A stretch of DNA of 64,000 bases from Octopus vulgaris. Lineage: Eukaryota. The translations under genes were made by a program, and so were the position numbers. The notes under the pieces are model-generated. The model saw only the letters and a program-made list of their open reading frames with translations. It was not told the origin of the DNA and did no database searches. This document shows, in pieces, positions 1 through 13,757 of this stretch (its first letter is position 1; every line of letters starts with the position of its first letter). The stretch covers positions 124,124,001-124,188,000 of the forward strand of contig OX597820.1 of the NCBI GenBank assembly GCA_951406725.2, given 5' to 3'.

Positions 1-258
1 AATCTAGTGCTCTTAGCTTAGATTTTCTTGGGTCAGGCCAGATTGGAGCAGCCTCGAGTTTAATCAGCCGAAACTCTAACGACGTTCTGAAGCTCGACTG
101 ACGTAAAAAAAGCTCCGAATGACCCGTCCTTGCTTTTTCCTGTCCTTTTTTGTATCGTCTAACTGTCTGGATGTTTTGTTGTCGATGTTACGTTCTTATT
201 CCATTCCTTGTTTTTTTTTCTATATATACATATAGCGGCTTACGTACACTTTTGGTCT

Positions 259-315
<57 letters not shown>

Positions 316-334
316 AGATGTATATATATATATG

Positions 335-735
<401 letters not shown>

Positions 736-984
736 TGATAGATATATAGATAATACCAATGTTTTCTTCGAAAAATGTCGGAAGTAAAAAGGTTTGAAAA
801 CACCTGCATTTAACTCCATTTATTTATTTATCTATATTAATCTAAAACATTTCACCTAAACATGGAGTTTCTATCTTTATAAGTAGGCTGTCACATCCTT
901 GGTACTTGTATGTAATTTTTGCTATTCCAGTAACTATTAATTTTTTTTCTGTGTTATTTGAAAACACTGAAAAAACACGCATAC

Positions 985-1084
<100 letters not shown>

Positions 1085-2078
1085 GTGTCTGTGTGTATGT
1101 GCGTGTGTGCGTGTGCATATGTATTGGAGTACATGAATATGTATCTAAACGTGTGTGTTGCCCGCGTTTGTACATGTATATATGAGTGTACCCATGTATG
1201 TGTATGATAAAGTAAAACGCAGTTTAATAAAACCTATTGCGATAAGTAATGAAGTCATTCTAGTAACTAAGTTACATATTGCGTAACAATCAATTATAAC
1301 AAGTTTTACATTGTTATCCTTGAAAATACGTTCGAAATGTATCAGATAAGATATCGGTTGTTATAATGGCACGTATGCAATGAAATAATACTTAACAAAT
1401 CATTTATTGAATATTTAGTATTATATAAGATATGAAATTATAATGATATGCAGACGCACACATAACTATGGTAGAATGTAAATTCTGATTTAAAATCATG
1501 CAAAGTATGTCTTATGTAGATGAAGATATCATTAAATATCCAAGAAATTCCTGAACATCAGGAGACAAAACAGTCGCGAATCACAAACTGTTAACATGAA
1601 CACATATATGATCACAGTGACATACATAAGCACACATATATATGTGTGAATGTTTTGAACACGGCGTGTTCCATTTTAACGGACGTCATAGATGACACCG
1701 ATATATTCCACGCTACACTCGCACACACGCAAGCACACGCACATTCCTATGCCCTTATGCAAACATGCTTATTTGTATATAAACATTTGTGTGAAGAAAT
1801 GTTCCTACAATGTATAGATATAGATGTATGTCTTGAAGAGTAGAATTTGTACTAATCTTAATACTACTCATAACACCAGCTATAATAACAAACCGAACCC
1901 TTCGTTATTTCATCCTGAAGACCTCTGCAAACCTATGCAGCTTCAGACGACCACCTTCCTGTCCTTTTGATAACCGCTGTCTCACAAAGGGCATTATCCA
2001 CTTCTGAGGTTTCCCTCGATATGAACCATATGTAGTCCGGACCTTATTTACTCCATTCCTTAACACTTGTATGTGTAT

Positions 2079-2135
<57 letters not shown>

Positions 2136-2174
2136 TGTGTATGTAGGCATATATATATATATATATATATACAT

Positions 2175-2331
2175 TTTATTTAAAAGCAGCAGAAATTCAA
2201 CAAAACCTATTACTCGGAGTAATTCAACGAAATTGCTGAATTTTTGGTGCTTTTAAATAAAGCATATTACTCTACTCCTGGTATTTGAGCACTCTTTTTT
2301 CCACCTTGTTTCACATTTATGTATTTACTCC

Positions 2332-2333
<2 letters not shown>
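2175..2333 (+). mobile_element. Short fold-back element in (TA)n (PLE pLTR-like)
   Basis: tttatttaaaagcagcagaaattca (2175-2199) is inverted at ~2237-2261 with 2 mismatches, followed by a unique tail to 2333. (TA)n on both sides. Confidence 0.6.
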
Positions 2334-2385
<52 letters not shown>

Positions 2386-2424
2386 TAGATATAGATATAG
2401 ATATATATATATATATATACATAA

Positions 2425-2494
<70 letters not shown>

Positions 2495-4006
2495 TTATAT
2501 AGGAACAAAATCTATTTCGTCTATAAATAATTGAGCACGTTTTTTAGTGTTGCGCAATTCAAAGTTCCAGCTGCTGCCTGTTATTCAAGGAGATGTTTTA
2601 TAAAAGTAACAGATGGAAAGAATCACCAACAAGGACCACGGGAGAAAGAAAATAGGAAAAATGATGACAGCTCTTTTGTACGAGAATCAGATAACAACGC
2701 TGGAAATGATTTACTATGTTCTGATCAGGCTTATACACTGCGAATGACACCTGCTGCGTCAATGCAGAAATCGATATAACAGTTTTTTTTCTCATACAGT
2801 AAAGCTAGGAAGGATGTATTTGATGCAACCAATTCATACGTCTATCAAAGATATTTTTGTACTGAGTGATATATTTGAGGATAAAGAGGAAATGTGTATT
2901 ATGAGAAATTAAGAGAGTAGAAAGAATACATGTAGAAAGATGGCAGATATTAAATGAATGAATATCTGTCCTCTTTTTTTTTATGCATTGAAACTATGTC
3001 ATATTCTTTGAATTTCCTCTTCTCTCTTCATTTTTTTCATACAGTAAAATATCCTTTACTGATATACGAACTGGTACATCGTTATTCGTAGAGAAGTTGT
3101 AACACATTTTTGCTGAAATCGGTAGTATATTATAAAATACACAAACACACAAACACACACACACGTACACGTTCAGAGGCATTCGACGCTGAATATACAC
3201 GCATACTCGTGTCAAATCGTTTATGTATTCGTAGGTAGATTTACACATCATTGGTATAATAATTGATTAGTAAGTACTTTGGTGCACGATTGAAAACTAC
3301 AGTCTCAGATTTCACCTTGACACCTTCGTTAATCTAGAAGAAGTTAAAAAGTTCTCTATTACAATGCGACACTTTTGGCAACTCTGTTTTCAACACAATA
3401 TTACATGTGTGGATACTAGCGTGCACATACACTGAGAGTGTGGATACTAGAGTGCACATACACACACAAACACACACATACTCACAAACACACACATATA
3501 TGAATATAAACATGTTTATATAAAGGAGCACACACACACATACCCACATAAACACAGATGTAAGTCAGGCAAGCCACTGTATTTGGTATAAGGAGATGAT
3601 AACCAATGGCTAGAAGAATATCGATTAAAGACAGTAGATGTAGTGAGAAGTGTCTCATCTCAGTGAAGAGGAGTGGCGGTACGCAATAATGCCGCCGAGA
3701 GGATGACTCCAAAATGGCACGCATTCCCTCCTGATAATCCGTTACTTGCAAATATTACAGAATACAAGATGAAGATCATCAATTTAACCTGTATTGTATA
3801 CTTCTCTTCATTTGTGTTAAATATATTGCCTTTAAAGATTGATTTTGCATACTATGGAACGGCATGCAAGTAGAGAGAACTTGAAGTTATTGAAAGCTGA
3901 TAACCTGTTGGAGGTAAACAACGTGTTATTAAATGGGGCTCTTACCGAGAATTTATTCGATGGGTATTGAATACTACTGTATATGTGTGTGTGTGTGTGA
4001 GTGTAC

Positions 4007-4069
<63 letters not shown>

Positions 4070-4261
4070 CAATTTACGTTAGTTTAAATTTGTATGCTTG
4101 TCACATATTTCAACTGCTAAAGGTATATACACTGTAGTTATCGTGGAGAAAAATTCTCCATTATGGAAAAAGGTGTGAAAACACCCCGTTCGTTATATCT
4201 CGTCCTTTCCCGAGAATCTCGGACATTAATGCTTCGAGTTTATTGACACATGTCGTTGAGA

Positions 4262-4498
4262 TGTACCTATTTCTTTACTTCCCAGAAGGGGCTAAACACA
4301 GAGAGGACAAACAAAGACAGACACACGGATTAAGTCGATTACATCGACCCCAGTGCGTAATTGGTACTTATTTAATCGATCCGGAAAGGATGAAAGGCAA
4401 AGTCGACCTCGGCGGAAGTTGAACCCAGAACATAACGGCGGACGAAATGCCCCTCAGCATTTCGCCCGGCGTGGTAACGTTTCTGCCATCTCGCCGCC
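4262..4498 (-). mobile_element. tRNA-derived SINE with Deu/Nin-like core domain
   Basis: Minus strand: head ggcggcgagatggcagaaacgttacc (A-box-like), gggttcaacttcc (B-box-like), core gcctttcatcctttccggatcgattaaataagtacc (Deu/Nin-domain-like). Homologous copies at 46.6, 48.7, 49.0, 57.8 and 62.4 kb. Confidence 0.85.
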
Positions 4499-4719
4499 CA
4501 GATGTACCTAAGATATAATTGTTTATTACGATAATTATATATCTTACATACTTGGGGTAACACAGGACGTCACAAACAAATAGTACGTTTATGAGTTCTT
4601 TTGTAAGTGTTTTTAAAGATCTGACGACGAACGTTATATTTTAAATATTTACAAGCTTTGCAAGTTTATCATTGGCCATGAAGCCCAACGGCTACACCAT
4701 ACTTTTCTACCATTGATGA

Positions 4720-6310
4720 GATTAAGTATGGTCATTCATACCCAACTTCCTTGCCACATCCTTCCATCTTCTCCCGAATATACTTCGTGATAGGTGTCTA
4801 CACTCCAGCGCTACCTTGCTCTTCAGATGATAGCTGAAGGAATATAGCAAACCATGAAACTTGCCGCCACGACTCCTTTCATTCTAGTTTTCAATATACA
4901 CTCTTTCAATACTGCGACTGTGCATAAACCAACATGCCTCACCTTCCTTTGATAGTCCAGGTAGCGGTGCAATCTCGATCATGAACTCAGCAGATATATG
5001 TACTCTTCCTATATGTGACAGCACGTGTTCAACATAATTTATCAAGAGAGAAAGCTCGTAGCACTGTACAAGAGCGTGCAGAACGGTTTCATCGTCCTGC
5101 ACGCACCTTGGGCATGCCGATGGCACAGACATTCCATGCCTAGACAATTTGTCGTGAACTGGTAACGCACTCCTATAGCACTGCCAGGTGAGGGATTTCT
5201 GGTAGTTCTCCAGGTACCCCGACCTGAAGGTCCTTTGAAACAGGTTGGCTAGCTGGCCCTCATCGAGTCCCAGAGCTTCTCCTAGGACGTCATCCCTCTT
5301 CAACTCTACTAGTCCTCTATAGAATATCGAGGTGGTAATGCCGCTGTCGTCCTTGCCCGCCTTATGGATTATCACGAGTGCCTACCGACACTACTTTTGC
5401 AATTCAGTCGTGTAACGTCTCTCAGTGTAGACGGGTTTGAGATTCTCCGAGGAGGCCAGTCGTGGAAAGAATTTCTCTGCCAACGAATTCCACACCCGGT
5501 CACCATCCAGATAGAGTTAGAGATGCCTTACTTTCAGCGCATGCTGAACCCACACTTTAGCGGACCTTGGCAGCAAACAGAGCACCCTACAAGCAATTTC
5601 CCCCTCCACAAAAAGCGGAAGAGAAGGCGTGCCAACTAGCTAAGTCACGAATCAGAACAAGGGACAACAGTTAGACGTTAGGTGATAACAGATGCAATAT
5701 ACACCTGCACTACCTCCCCCCTTACCTTTCAGGGATAGCGCCCTTCCAGACCAGGTCTGGATAGAGGTCTCAATCCTATCCGCTACCTTTCTCCAATTCT
5801 CCTCCGTCTGGGAATCCGGTCCAAAACAGACTCCAAGCAACTTAAGAAGATCATCCGTCCAGCACCCCACGACACTGAACGTTATCGTCAAGCAACTCCA
5901 AGTGCCGAGCAGCAATCCGAGGTACTTTTCCCTGTTTATTTTTACCCCAGCCATCGCATTTTATCATCCTAAGCTTTATCGGTTTCGGTGATGGTGACGT
6001 CATCCGCATATGCAGAAACAGACTCGCTACAATCCAATTCTTTGGTGATGCCTCCAAACTGTCCTACCTCCGCAATGGCTCAAGAACCAGTACGTACAAA
6101 AGCGGAGATAGGGGGCACCCCTGATGAACCGAGCTCACGATCCTAAACAGCACGGACAGGTAACCGTTTATCTCAATCGTGGATTTGATTGACTCCATAA
6201 ATGGCAGTGATCCAACCACGGAAATCTTGGCCCAGCCCAGCCGCCTCGAGGACCGCCGTCAGGTACTGGTAGTCTTCCCTATCAAACACTTTACTCTGGT
6301 CTAAATGGAC
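4720..6310 (-). mobile_element. 5'-truncated, frameshifted Tx1/L1-clade LINE (RT plus C-terminal CCHC zinc finger)
   Basis: Minus-strand translation gives DQSKVFDRED (~6280), SVHQGCPLSPLLYVLVLEPL (~6075-6135), SAYADDVT (~5992-6016), KLLGVCFG...WSGRALSLKGK (ORF 5652-5954) and CPRCVQDDETVLHALVQC (ORF 4884-5375). Confidence 0.9.
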
Positions 6311-6321
6311 CTGTCTGAGTG

Positions 6322-6325
6322 TCTG

Positions 6326-6394
<69 letters not shown>

Positions 6395-6492
6395 GTTTCT
6401 ATCTATCTATCTATCTATCTACCTACATATCTTTCTATCTACCTATCTATCTATCTATCAACAGATCTACCTACTTATATTTCTATCTATCC
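6322..6492. repeat. (TCTA)n microsatellite
   Basis: Tandem tetranucleotide repeat adjoining the 5' truncation point of the Tx1-like LINE. Confidence 0.95.
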
Positions 6493-7057
6493 ATCACTAT
6501 TGTCAATGGAACCTCATCCCTCCAAAAAACAAAAACTATGTTCTCCTCTTCTAAACTAATTCCCCCAAATCATCTGTTTTATATAAATGAAAAACCTGTT
6601 TGTACATTCACAATTTCTATTGGGATTAGGTTAGTTAGATTCCTAGCTATATTTTATCCAGAATGTTCTTGCTTATTCTTCTCAGGTCATATTTGGTAGG
6701 GCATACGAGGGGTATCGCTGGTTTTGTTGTGAAGTCCTTCTTGTGATTCTTGAAGGGGAAGTGGATTTCGCTTTGTCGTCTCGTGCCTTAGCTTAGTTGT
6801 CCCATTTTATTTAACATATACAAGCTTACACACGACCCGCGACAGACTTCTCACTCATACTATTTTCGAACCGGGTGTCTAACCACGCTCCTTCTGTATC
6901 ACTTATATAGACTTACCTGTCATTCTCAGTTTTCTGGATACCAAATCTTCCTTCATATATATATAACTTCTTCACTGTTCTCGTTCTGTTAACGTTTTGG
7001 CGTTCAGACAAGTGTACTAGCATAGATGTGGCAACATTTGAAATGTTGTCGAGGTAT

Positions 7058-7129
7058 ATTCAGCTGATGAAGACAAATCAAATATACGTTGGCAAACGTA
7101 TTTTGAAGAGTCTGAAACCGGTACAGCAT
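7058..7129 (+). ncRNA. Hammerhead ribozyme-like motif (type I, PLE-type), stem I partly decayed
   Basis: attcag CTGATGA agac [tcaaatatacgtt ggca aacgtattttga hairpin] gtct GAAA ccgg TA cagcat. The core is intact, stem II is long, stem III is palindromic (ACCGGT), and stem I has 2 mismatches. Confidence 0.6.
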
Positions 7130-7312
7130 TATCCGTTTCTAGGTTTTTCATTTTTCAGATGTTCTTCCTAGAGGTAAGACAATTTTGTTCATGTTTGTTG
7201 CACACACGCATCTTTACACTGTACATACGCAGTGAAGTTATACATTAGCGTCGTATTTATTACGTTCGCTATTTTCCAGTAAATGTCGGTGCTTCGTTGT
7301 GCCATATATTTA

Positions 7313-7407
<95 letters not shown>

Positions 7408-7549
7408 ATGTATACACACATATTATATACATACATATGTATATAAGTATACATATGGAAATCATTCAATGTCATGCCAACGTTGAAACGATAACAATTG
7501 CAAGATAATATTTAATATTTTATCACATTTTCTAAGTTAATAAACAGTT

Positions 7550-7800
7550 CAATAAGTAATTTGATGTATCCGTCGACTGAAAGCTACTCGCAGCAGAAAT
7601 GTCGGATCTGCGTGGATAGTACAAAGACTGAAATTCAAATATCGATTATATATCAGGAATATAAGAATTTAGATATGCGACGGCTCATAGAGCGTCTCAG
7701 CATACGTGGTTTTAAGATGGACAATTTCAGAAAGATGTTAATCAATCTTTTCTCAGTTCGAAGAAGAAAATTTCTGATAAACATTACTGACGATAGTAAA
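7550..7800 (+). mobile_element. Possible degraded PLE RT thumb fragment
   Basis: SNLMYP..YSQQKCRIC...RRLIERLSIRGFKMDNFRKMLINLF loosely resembles the PLE C-terminal RT pattern (SNIP...YSQL.R..RIC...L..KL..QGY). Recognised by eye only. Confidence 0.3.
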
Positions 7801-8169
7801 AAGCATTGAAAAGTATAAGCACAAATATCAAGGTTTCTCCCAACATAATCAAGAATCGATAGAAATAAATGAGTGTTCCAGTTCAGCGATAACGGTCATA
7901 CATCACATTAAGATCGCGTTCGCAGATTCATGGAAGGGTTAGCCTCAAGCAAAGAAATACTGCATATAACAAATTTGAATGAAAATGGTGCCCTATATAG
8001 TAGAAGTTCTCAACGTCAACACGAATTGCCTGAAGCAATTATATGGAAATATAAAGAAAATGAAATATATCAAAGGGTGTATATATATATATACACAGAT
8101 ACACACACGCACACACGCATACACACACATATATTGTTTACTTCTCATGGGGCTGAAAATTCACTCAAG

Positions 8170-8520
8170 GATATAGTTGGGGGCCTCCTTATGCTTAAAC
8201 AAAGCGCTACCCACAGCTTCAAATGTATCACAAGATATTTAGACAAAATGCATTAAAGTCTAGCTATAATTCTATGGGTAACGTTGGTTTAAAAATAATT
8301 CATATACATGACAGATTTGGTGTCGCAAAGACACGGAATTAGGGATATATATTGGGTCGCACTAACAATCTTAGAGGCCAGTTATAAAGAACACATTCAT
8401 TTTATTAGTTCAAGAAATGGGTGACACATAATATAATTAATATGTAAAAATGGTATATGTTTGGAAAGATTAAATTATGAAATAGGCGAGGCTGCTATTG
8501 TAATCAATATGATTCCTGCA
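8170..8520 (+). mobile_element. Degraded PLE linker plus GIY-YIG endonuclease fragment
   Basis: Frame-broken YHKIFRQNALKSSYNSMGNV (cf. HKIFNRNTIKVSYSCMPN), GIYIG, SYKEHIHFIS and YVWK. Confidence 0.45.
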
Positions 8521-9139
8521 TCTTAATAATTTTCTTTTATATCGTGGGAGTTCACGATTGCTTTTCACAACTTCAAATACTGAATTATGAATTATTATAG
8601 ACAGGGTAAGTACAAGGTGCTTCACCGTCCCAGAAAAATTATCTTTTGGGTACATGGGAAGATAGCAAAAACAACCGACCTACAAGGAAAAGTTTTTCCA
8701 CCATGCCAAACAAAAAAGTGTCTATTAAAAACTTGTCTATTAACATATTTAAATTATTTAAATTTCTTAATTAGTATCAGGGACGTTTCAAATTCACTTT
8801 TAACAGAGCCTCCTCCCGTCTGAAGAATATTTTCTTCCAATTACAACTTACCCGAGATTGCTACTAATTTACATGGTTTCTCTTAGAATATTTAAGCCTC
8901 AACGACATGTAATATACAGGCAAGTACGTCAAAATGTAATTTAAAAGTAAATCCATAGAAATTTTGCCTAATACCCTAATAAATAACATTATTATCCACT
9001 ATATTGGGTATTGTAAATCATCACGTCATCATAAGCCATAGGAATACATTATGCACGTATGTACAAAAATCTATGCATCCATCCATGCATCCATGCATCC
9101 ATCCACTCATACATACATACATACAAACATACATATACA

Positions 9140-10359
9140 TCTAGCATCATAACATCAACATTTTGTAATATCTATAAAACCGTCAAAAGGTTGTTTATTT
9201 TAATATTTTTTTTTTATTATTAGTGTTGCTTAATACTTTTTGCTAAAATTGCTGTTTCATTGCAGATATCACTAGAAAACGGTAATTACAATTCATTAAA
9301 ATACAGATTGTTGGTGCTTGTATGGCAGGCGCTAGCGTAACGATAACATCCGAAATGTTTGGTATATCAAGGAGTGCTGTCTCGAAAGTAACGACAGCTT
9401 TTGAGAAAGCGGGATAAGCCTCCTCGTCGAATGAAAACTCCAGAAAAAAACCCAAACTTTCAGATAGGGACAGTCGGGCTCTTACGCGAATTATTAGAAA
9501 GTATCACAAAATTACAACTCTCAAAATTACTGCAGAGATTTATGACCACCTCGTGAATTCAGTTTCCACAAATTCTGTTCGCCGGGCGATTCATAAAGCC
9601 GGATTTCCCGGGAGGTCTGCAATCAGCAAACCACTACTTTCCAAATCAAACGTTGCAAAGTATTTAGAGTGGAGTAAAACCTAAACCTCCAGAATTGGTC
9701 CCTAGAGCAGTAAAAGAATATTATTTCTCGCACAAGTCATCCTTTTCCTTATTTTCGATCACCGGCCGAGTATATTTGTGGAACCAGCCAAAAGACTGCC
9801 TTCTTCCAACTGTTAAACATGGAGGGTCTGGGATAATCTGCAGATGGGGGATATATCTTGGAAGTCTGCCGACCCAATGGTTTCCCATCGTGGCAGAATT
9901 AATAGTCAAGACTATTTAAGCATTTTATCTGATCAAATTCTTCCTCTGGTTGCCGAAAAGTTTGCGGAGGGAAACGCAATCTTTCAGGATGAAAATGCAC
10001 CAAATCTTCTGGATGACAATGCAAAGCTAAAGTTGTTACTGAATGGCAGGATGACCATATTAGTGAAGTTGAACATCTTTTCTGAGACCCTCAGATCTCA
10101 ATATTATTGAACATGTATGGTTCATTTTAGAAAAATAAACAAGTAAGGAGTCGATATCTTCAACTACCATCACTACGAGAACTGGAAACTGTTTTAGTTG
10201 AGGAATGGACAAATATTCCTTTGGAAACATTTCAAACTTTGTACGAGGCCATACCGCGTAGAATTCAAGCTGTAGTTACTGCCAAAGGCGGTCCCAACCC
10301 ATATTGAAATATATTTGTTTAGGATTTTAAGGTGTTTCTATTATTTCGCCCAACCACTG
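9140..10359 (+). mobile_element. Tc1-family DNA transposon with pseudogenised transposase; left TIR not found
   Basis: QIVGACMAGASVTITSEMFGISRSAVSKV (HTH region), LPTVKHGGSG, WGDISW, IFQDENAP and terminal AKGGPNPY*. The right end reads ...caaccactg followed by TA, i.e. a CAGTG terminus with a TA target site. Multiple stops and frameshifts. Confidence 0.92.
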
Positions 10360-11004
10360 TATGTATAAAGATAGGTGCATATATGTATATGTATAATATA
10401 TGTATATATGTGTAAAATACATACATATATATATATATATATTATTTATTTACATGTTATATAACTTGTTAAAAGTTGCTGCTTACAATGGCCTGTGCGT
10501 CAAAAAATTTCTAGTATTTTGTCTGCGACAGGAATGTAGAAATGTGTCATAAATGCGAACATATTATTCCATATCTTTAATAAATATATCTACCACAGTA
10601 TGTTTACACTACTCAGCACAATCTGTTGGAGCACTATGCAATGGGGAAAACTTAAATCGATCTGCGATATACGAGATTTTCCGTCAAGTCTCTTTCGTTT
10701 TGAGGCGCATTAACTCTATGTACAATTCATATTTCCATTTCCAAGTGATGAAAAGAATACTCTACAGTTAAAAAAGGGTAGTGCAGAAAAACACCATACT
10801 GTTAATAATTGTGATAGATATAGAGCTAGCCTTAGTTTTTTATATAACTGGGCAATGCACCCCGTCGTTGCCCGGACGTTACAACCTACATCCACATTGT
10901 ATTTTTTGTTCCTTTCTTAAGGGCAGAATTGACCGACGAGGAGTATAAAGCAAACAACTTCCATATAAACATATTTTTAGGTCATTTTCTGGTGAAAAAC
11001 ACTG

Positions 11005-11135
11005 CAGTTTCCGACTAAGTCAGAAGTCTGCGGCGGGCCTAGAAGACACTTGCTCAGGGTACCATGCCGAGGGGCTGAACGTGGATCCATGTGGCTGGTA
11101 AGCAAACTTCTCAACTACACAGTTATTCTTGCACT
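11005..11135 (-). mobile_element. tRNA-derived CORE-like SINE, 5' part
   Basis: Homologous to the head of 35265-35650 (agaagacacttgctcagggt...gctgaac...gtggctggtaagcaaacttctcaactacac). Confidence 0.7.
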
Positions 11136-11139
11136 TAAT

Positions 11140-11335
11140 ATGTGAGTCTATGTGTGTTTACATTTATTAATTAATCGAGTATTTTGTCCCACTGTGTCTC
11201 AAATTCAGCAAGCAGAGATCTGTAAGATAAATGGTAGATTGTAATACGTACTGAAGTCAGTATGATCAATTAAACTTTTGAAGGTGATACCGCATCATGG
11301 TGACAGTCGAAAGACTAAACCCAATAAAATGATGT
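11140..11335 (+). mobile_element. Degraded SINE 3' part (same CORE-like family)
   Basis: gaaggtgataccgcatcatggtgacagtcgaaagactaaac matches the family tail aaggcggtgctccagcaaggccgcagtcaaaatgactgaaac seen at 14.95 kb. Confidence 0.5.
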
Positions 11336-12598
11336 TTAAAGAATGATGGCTTCAAATTTAAGAAAATGAATTATTAGCCACAAGATCATGGGTTCAAAAC
11401 TTTGTATTGAACTTGCAGTCTATAAGATAACACTATATGTACCTCGCAGTCTATTTGACTTCCAACAAATAACAATTATAATTTGGAGTTGCAATTTGCA
11501 GTAACAATGATGTCCAGATTTCTTTAAAAGTCATTGTGCAAATTATCTGAGAAATGTATTTTTCATCACAACATAACACATACACACAAAAACGCACGCG
11601 CATGCACACACAAACACGCGCAATTTCATCAAAAGAATGACACAGATTTACAGTATGTTCAGTAAGAAAAAACGTATGCGATGGATCTAATTCCTCAGAG
11701 TCTCTTCTGGGCTAAGCAAAACACAGGCAAACATACTTCACATTCAAAGCTAATCTAGTAAATAATAGTATAAATGTGGCGGTATATCTTCTACGTTTCA
11801 TTTCCTGGTAGAACTATGTATTTTAAATATTTTGTCATTATGATTTCTCTAAAGGCATAAAGGTTGTGGAGTCAGATTTGCCTCAACATTGTGCGACCCG
11901 ACTTCATTTCCGATGTCATTCATGTGGTAAAAAAGTATTGTGCAAAAAGCCTACTTTATTTGGTAGCTGAAAGATTACTGAATTTTTTGATACCTCACGT
12001 TGAAATCGGCAACTTAGTTTTCGAATCCATAAGAACATACGCGAATATACAACCCTCCCCACACACGCAAGCGCTCACTCACAGACACGCACACACACAC
12101 ACACACACACAAACTCCGTATTATTATATAAGATTACTCTTCGATGCCATTTATTTGTCACCCACCACAAGCAGGAATATGTACAAATAGATGGTATATG
12201 AATAACACAAATAAAACCCTTCAACAAGATTAGGAGAGTTCGTGAATTTGGTGAGGAATGTTCCATCCAAATAATAATTTCTTTTGTAAAGGTGCTTCAT
12301 ATAAAATTTTATTGAAGTTTTATTCAATTGAATATATGCCAATTTGTTATTAACATTTATTTTATAGATAGCAACGAATGACAATTATATTTGTATTTCA
12401 CAAATCATAAAATCTATAGCGAATGATGAAATCAAGTCAGTTTTTTCTTTCTTTAGATTGAAATCCCTCAAACAAAGGGTACTTAAATACAGCTTAAAGG
12501 TTTATAGACACATTTGAATGTTATCTCCATGTTCTTTATTATATATGTGACTTCATATGAAATAGCATGAAAACATAAAACAACCTTTAAAAACTTAC

Positions 12599-12682
12599 CT
12601 CTTTCGTGATTTGATTCTGTGAAAAACCTTTCATAGCTATGTGTCTCACTTATGTGAAATGCAGTATACAGAATGTATATTT
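12599..12682 (-). other. Candidate 84-nt spliced exon of an unidentified minus-strand gene
   Basis: Acceptor ttttctttatccttctgtcag| and donor GAG|gtaagt are both strong. Length is divisible by 3 with one open frame (IYILYTAFHISETHSYERFFTESNHER). Non-repetitive context; no homology recognised. Confidence 0.3.
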
Positions 12683-13667
12683 CTGACAGAAGGATAAAGA
12701 AAATCATTATCACTAAGTCATGTTCAGCAATGGCAGCTATCGCAGGAAATACATTATCTGTAATTAATACACGCGTATATAGGCCATGAATATTTAAAAA
12801 CTGTCGTGAAATTCAACGTTAAAATTTATATGAAATACTTAAATTGATTAGTAGGCGAGAATTATCAAAATATTAAAATATTAAATGAAAATATTTCAAT
12901 TTAATATCAAAGTAAATTATTAATAATTTTATTCTCTTTTTGAGGATACACACGGTAATATATTTCTCTTTAATTTTCAAAGGTTATCACAGAGTAGATG
13001 AGTACACGTAGGACTGCATTTTATTATCGTTTGTTCGAAATAATGATCATGTTTTAGTTAACACAAATTTGATTTGTGTAAATGGAGGTAATGCTGTAAT
13101 AGTTACTCTAAATGCTGTAATAGTTACTTCTGCAACTCCTGCTACTGTTCTTTTTGTTGCTTTTGTAACTGTACTATGGAAGCTAATAGATCTTCCATTC
13201 TTTACCAAAACAAGTTATATCCCACACAAATTGTTAAATAAACTGCGTTAGCTTCAAAACCCTCGTCACAAAATGTTGTATTGTAATTTGTGTCTATGTA
13301 CACACATACACATTCACATACACGACACAAACACATACATACATTCTTTACGAACCAACATTCAATATTACTTGTGAAGTAACCTACCGACAACTTCCGA
13401 CTTCACTGCGAACTAACACGAAATTCGATCATTACTATATACAATTTACTTAGATCAGTCTATCTCTCGCAAGGTGGCGTCGTAATACTTATCATAACAG
13501 GTTGATATTATTAATCAAGTATATATCGTTCATTAAAAATACTGTAAAGTTATTTTATCAGAATGTTTATACACCTAATTACGGAATAGCATCATTACGC
13601 GCAAACAATTCCTATGAGCTAAATATTGCTATAAAACTTGGCCACGATTAGAATACCAAGAATACAT

Positions 13668-13757
13668 GGCTCGAAGCCATGGTAGAAGACACTTGCCCAA
13701 GGTGCGATGCAGTGAGACTGAACCCAAAACCGTGTGGTTGGCAAGCAAGCTACACTT
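13668..13757 (-). mobile_element. tRNA-derived CORE-like SINE head
   Basis: gtagaagacacttgcccaaggtgcgatgcagtgagactgaacccaaaaccgtgtggttgg; reverse complement contains gggttcagtc (B-box-like) and ccttgggcaagtg (CORE-like). Confidence 0.75.

Noticed and set aside
1-230. Possible hammerhead in the repeat at the window start (cagccgaaac...ctgacgt...ccgaat)
   Set aside because: Core motifs are incomplete and the stems cannot be paired. Probably a repeat fragment, but unassignable.
2531-2880. ORF 2531-2779, and similar C/A-rich stretches at 21362-21679 and 49653-50060
   Set aside because: No splice or homology support. They may be very old LINE 3' ends, but the similarity is too weak to call.
3405-3462. 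31-bp tandem duplication (also 21-bp at ~13090-13128 and 14-bp at ~53268-53296)
   Set aside because: Only two units with no spacers: ordinary slippage duplications, not CRISPR-like arrays.
12151-12300. YYLDGTF motif resembling a MULE transposase
   Set aside because: Single short motif with no further supporting motifs or TIRs.
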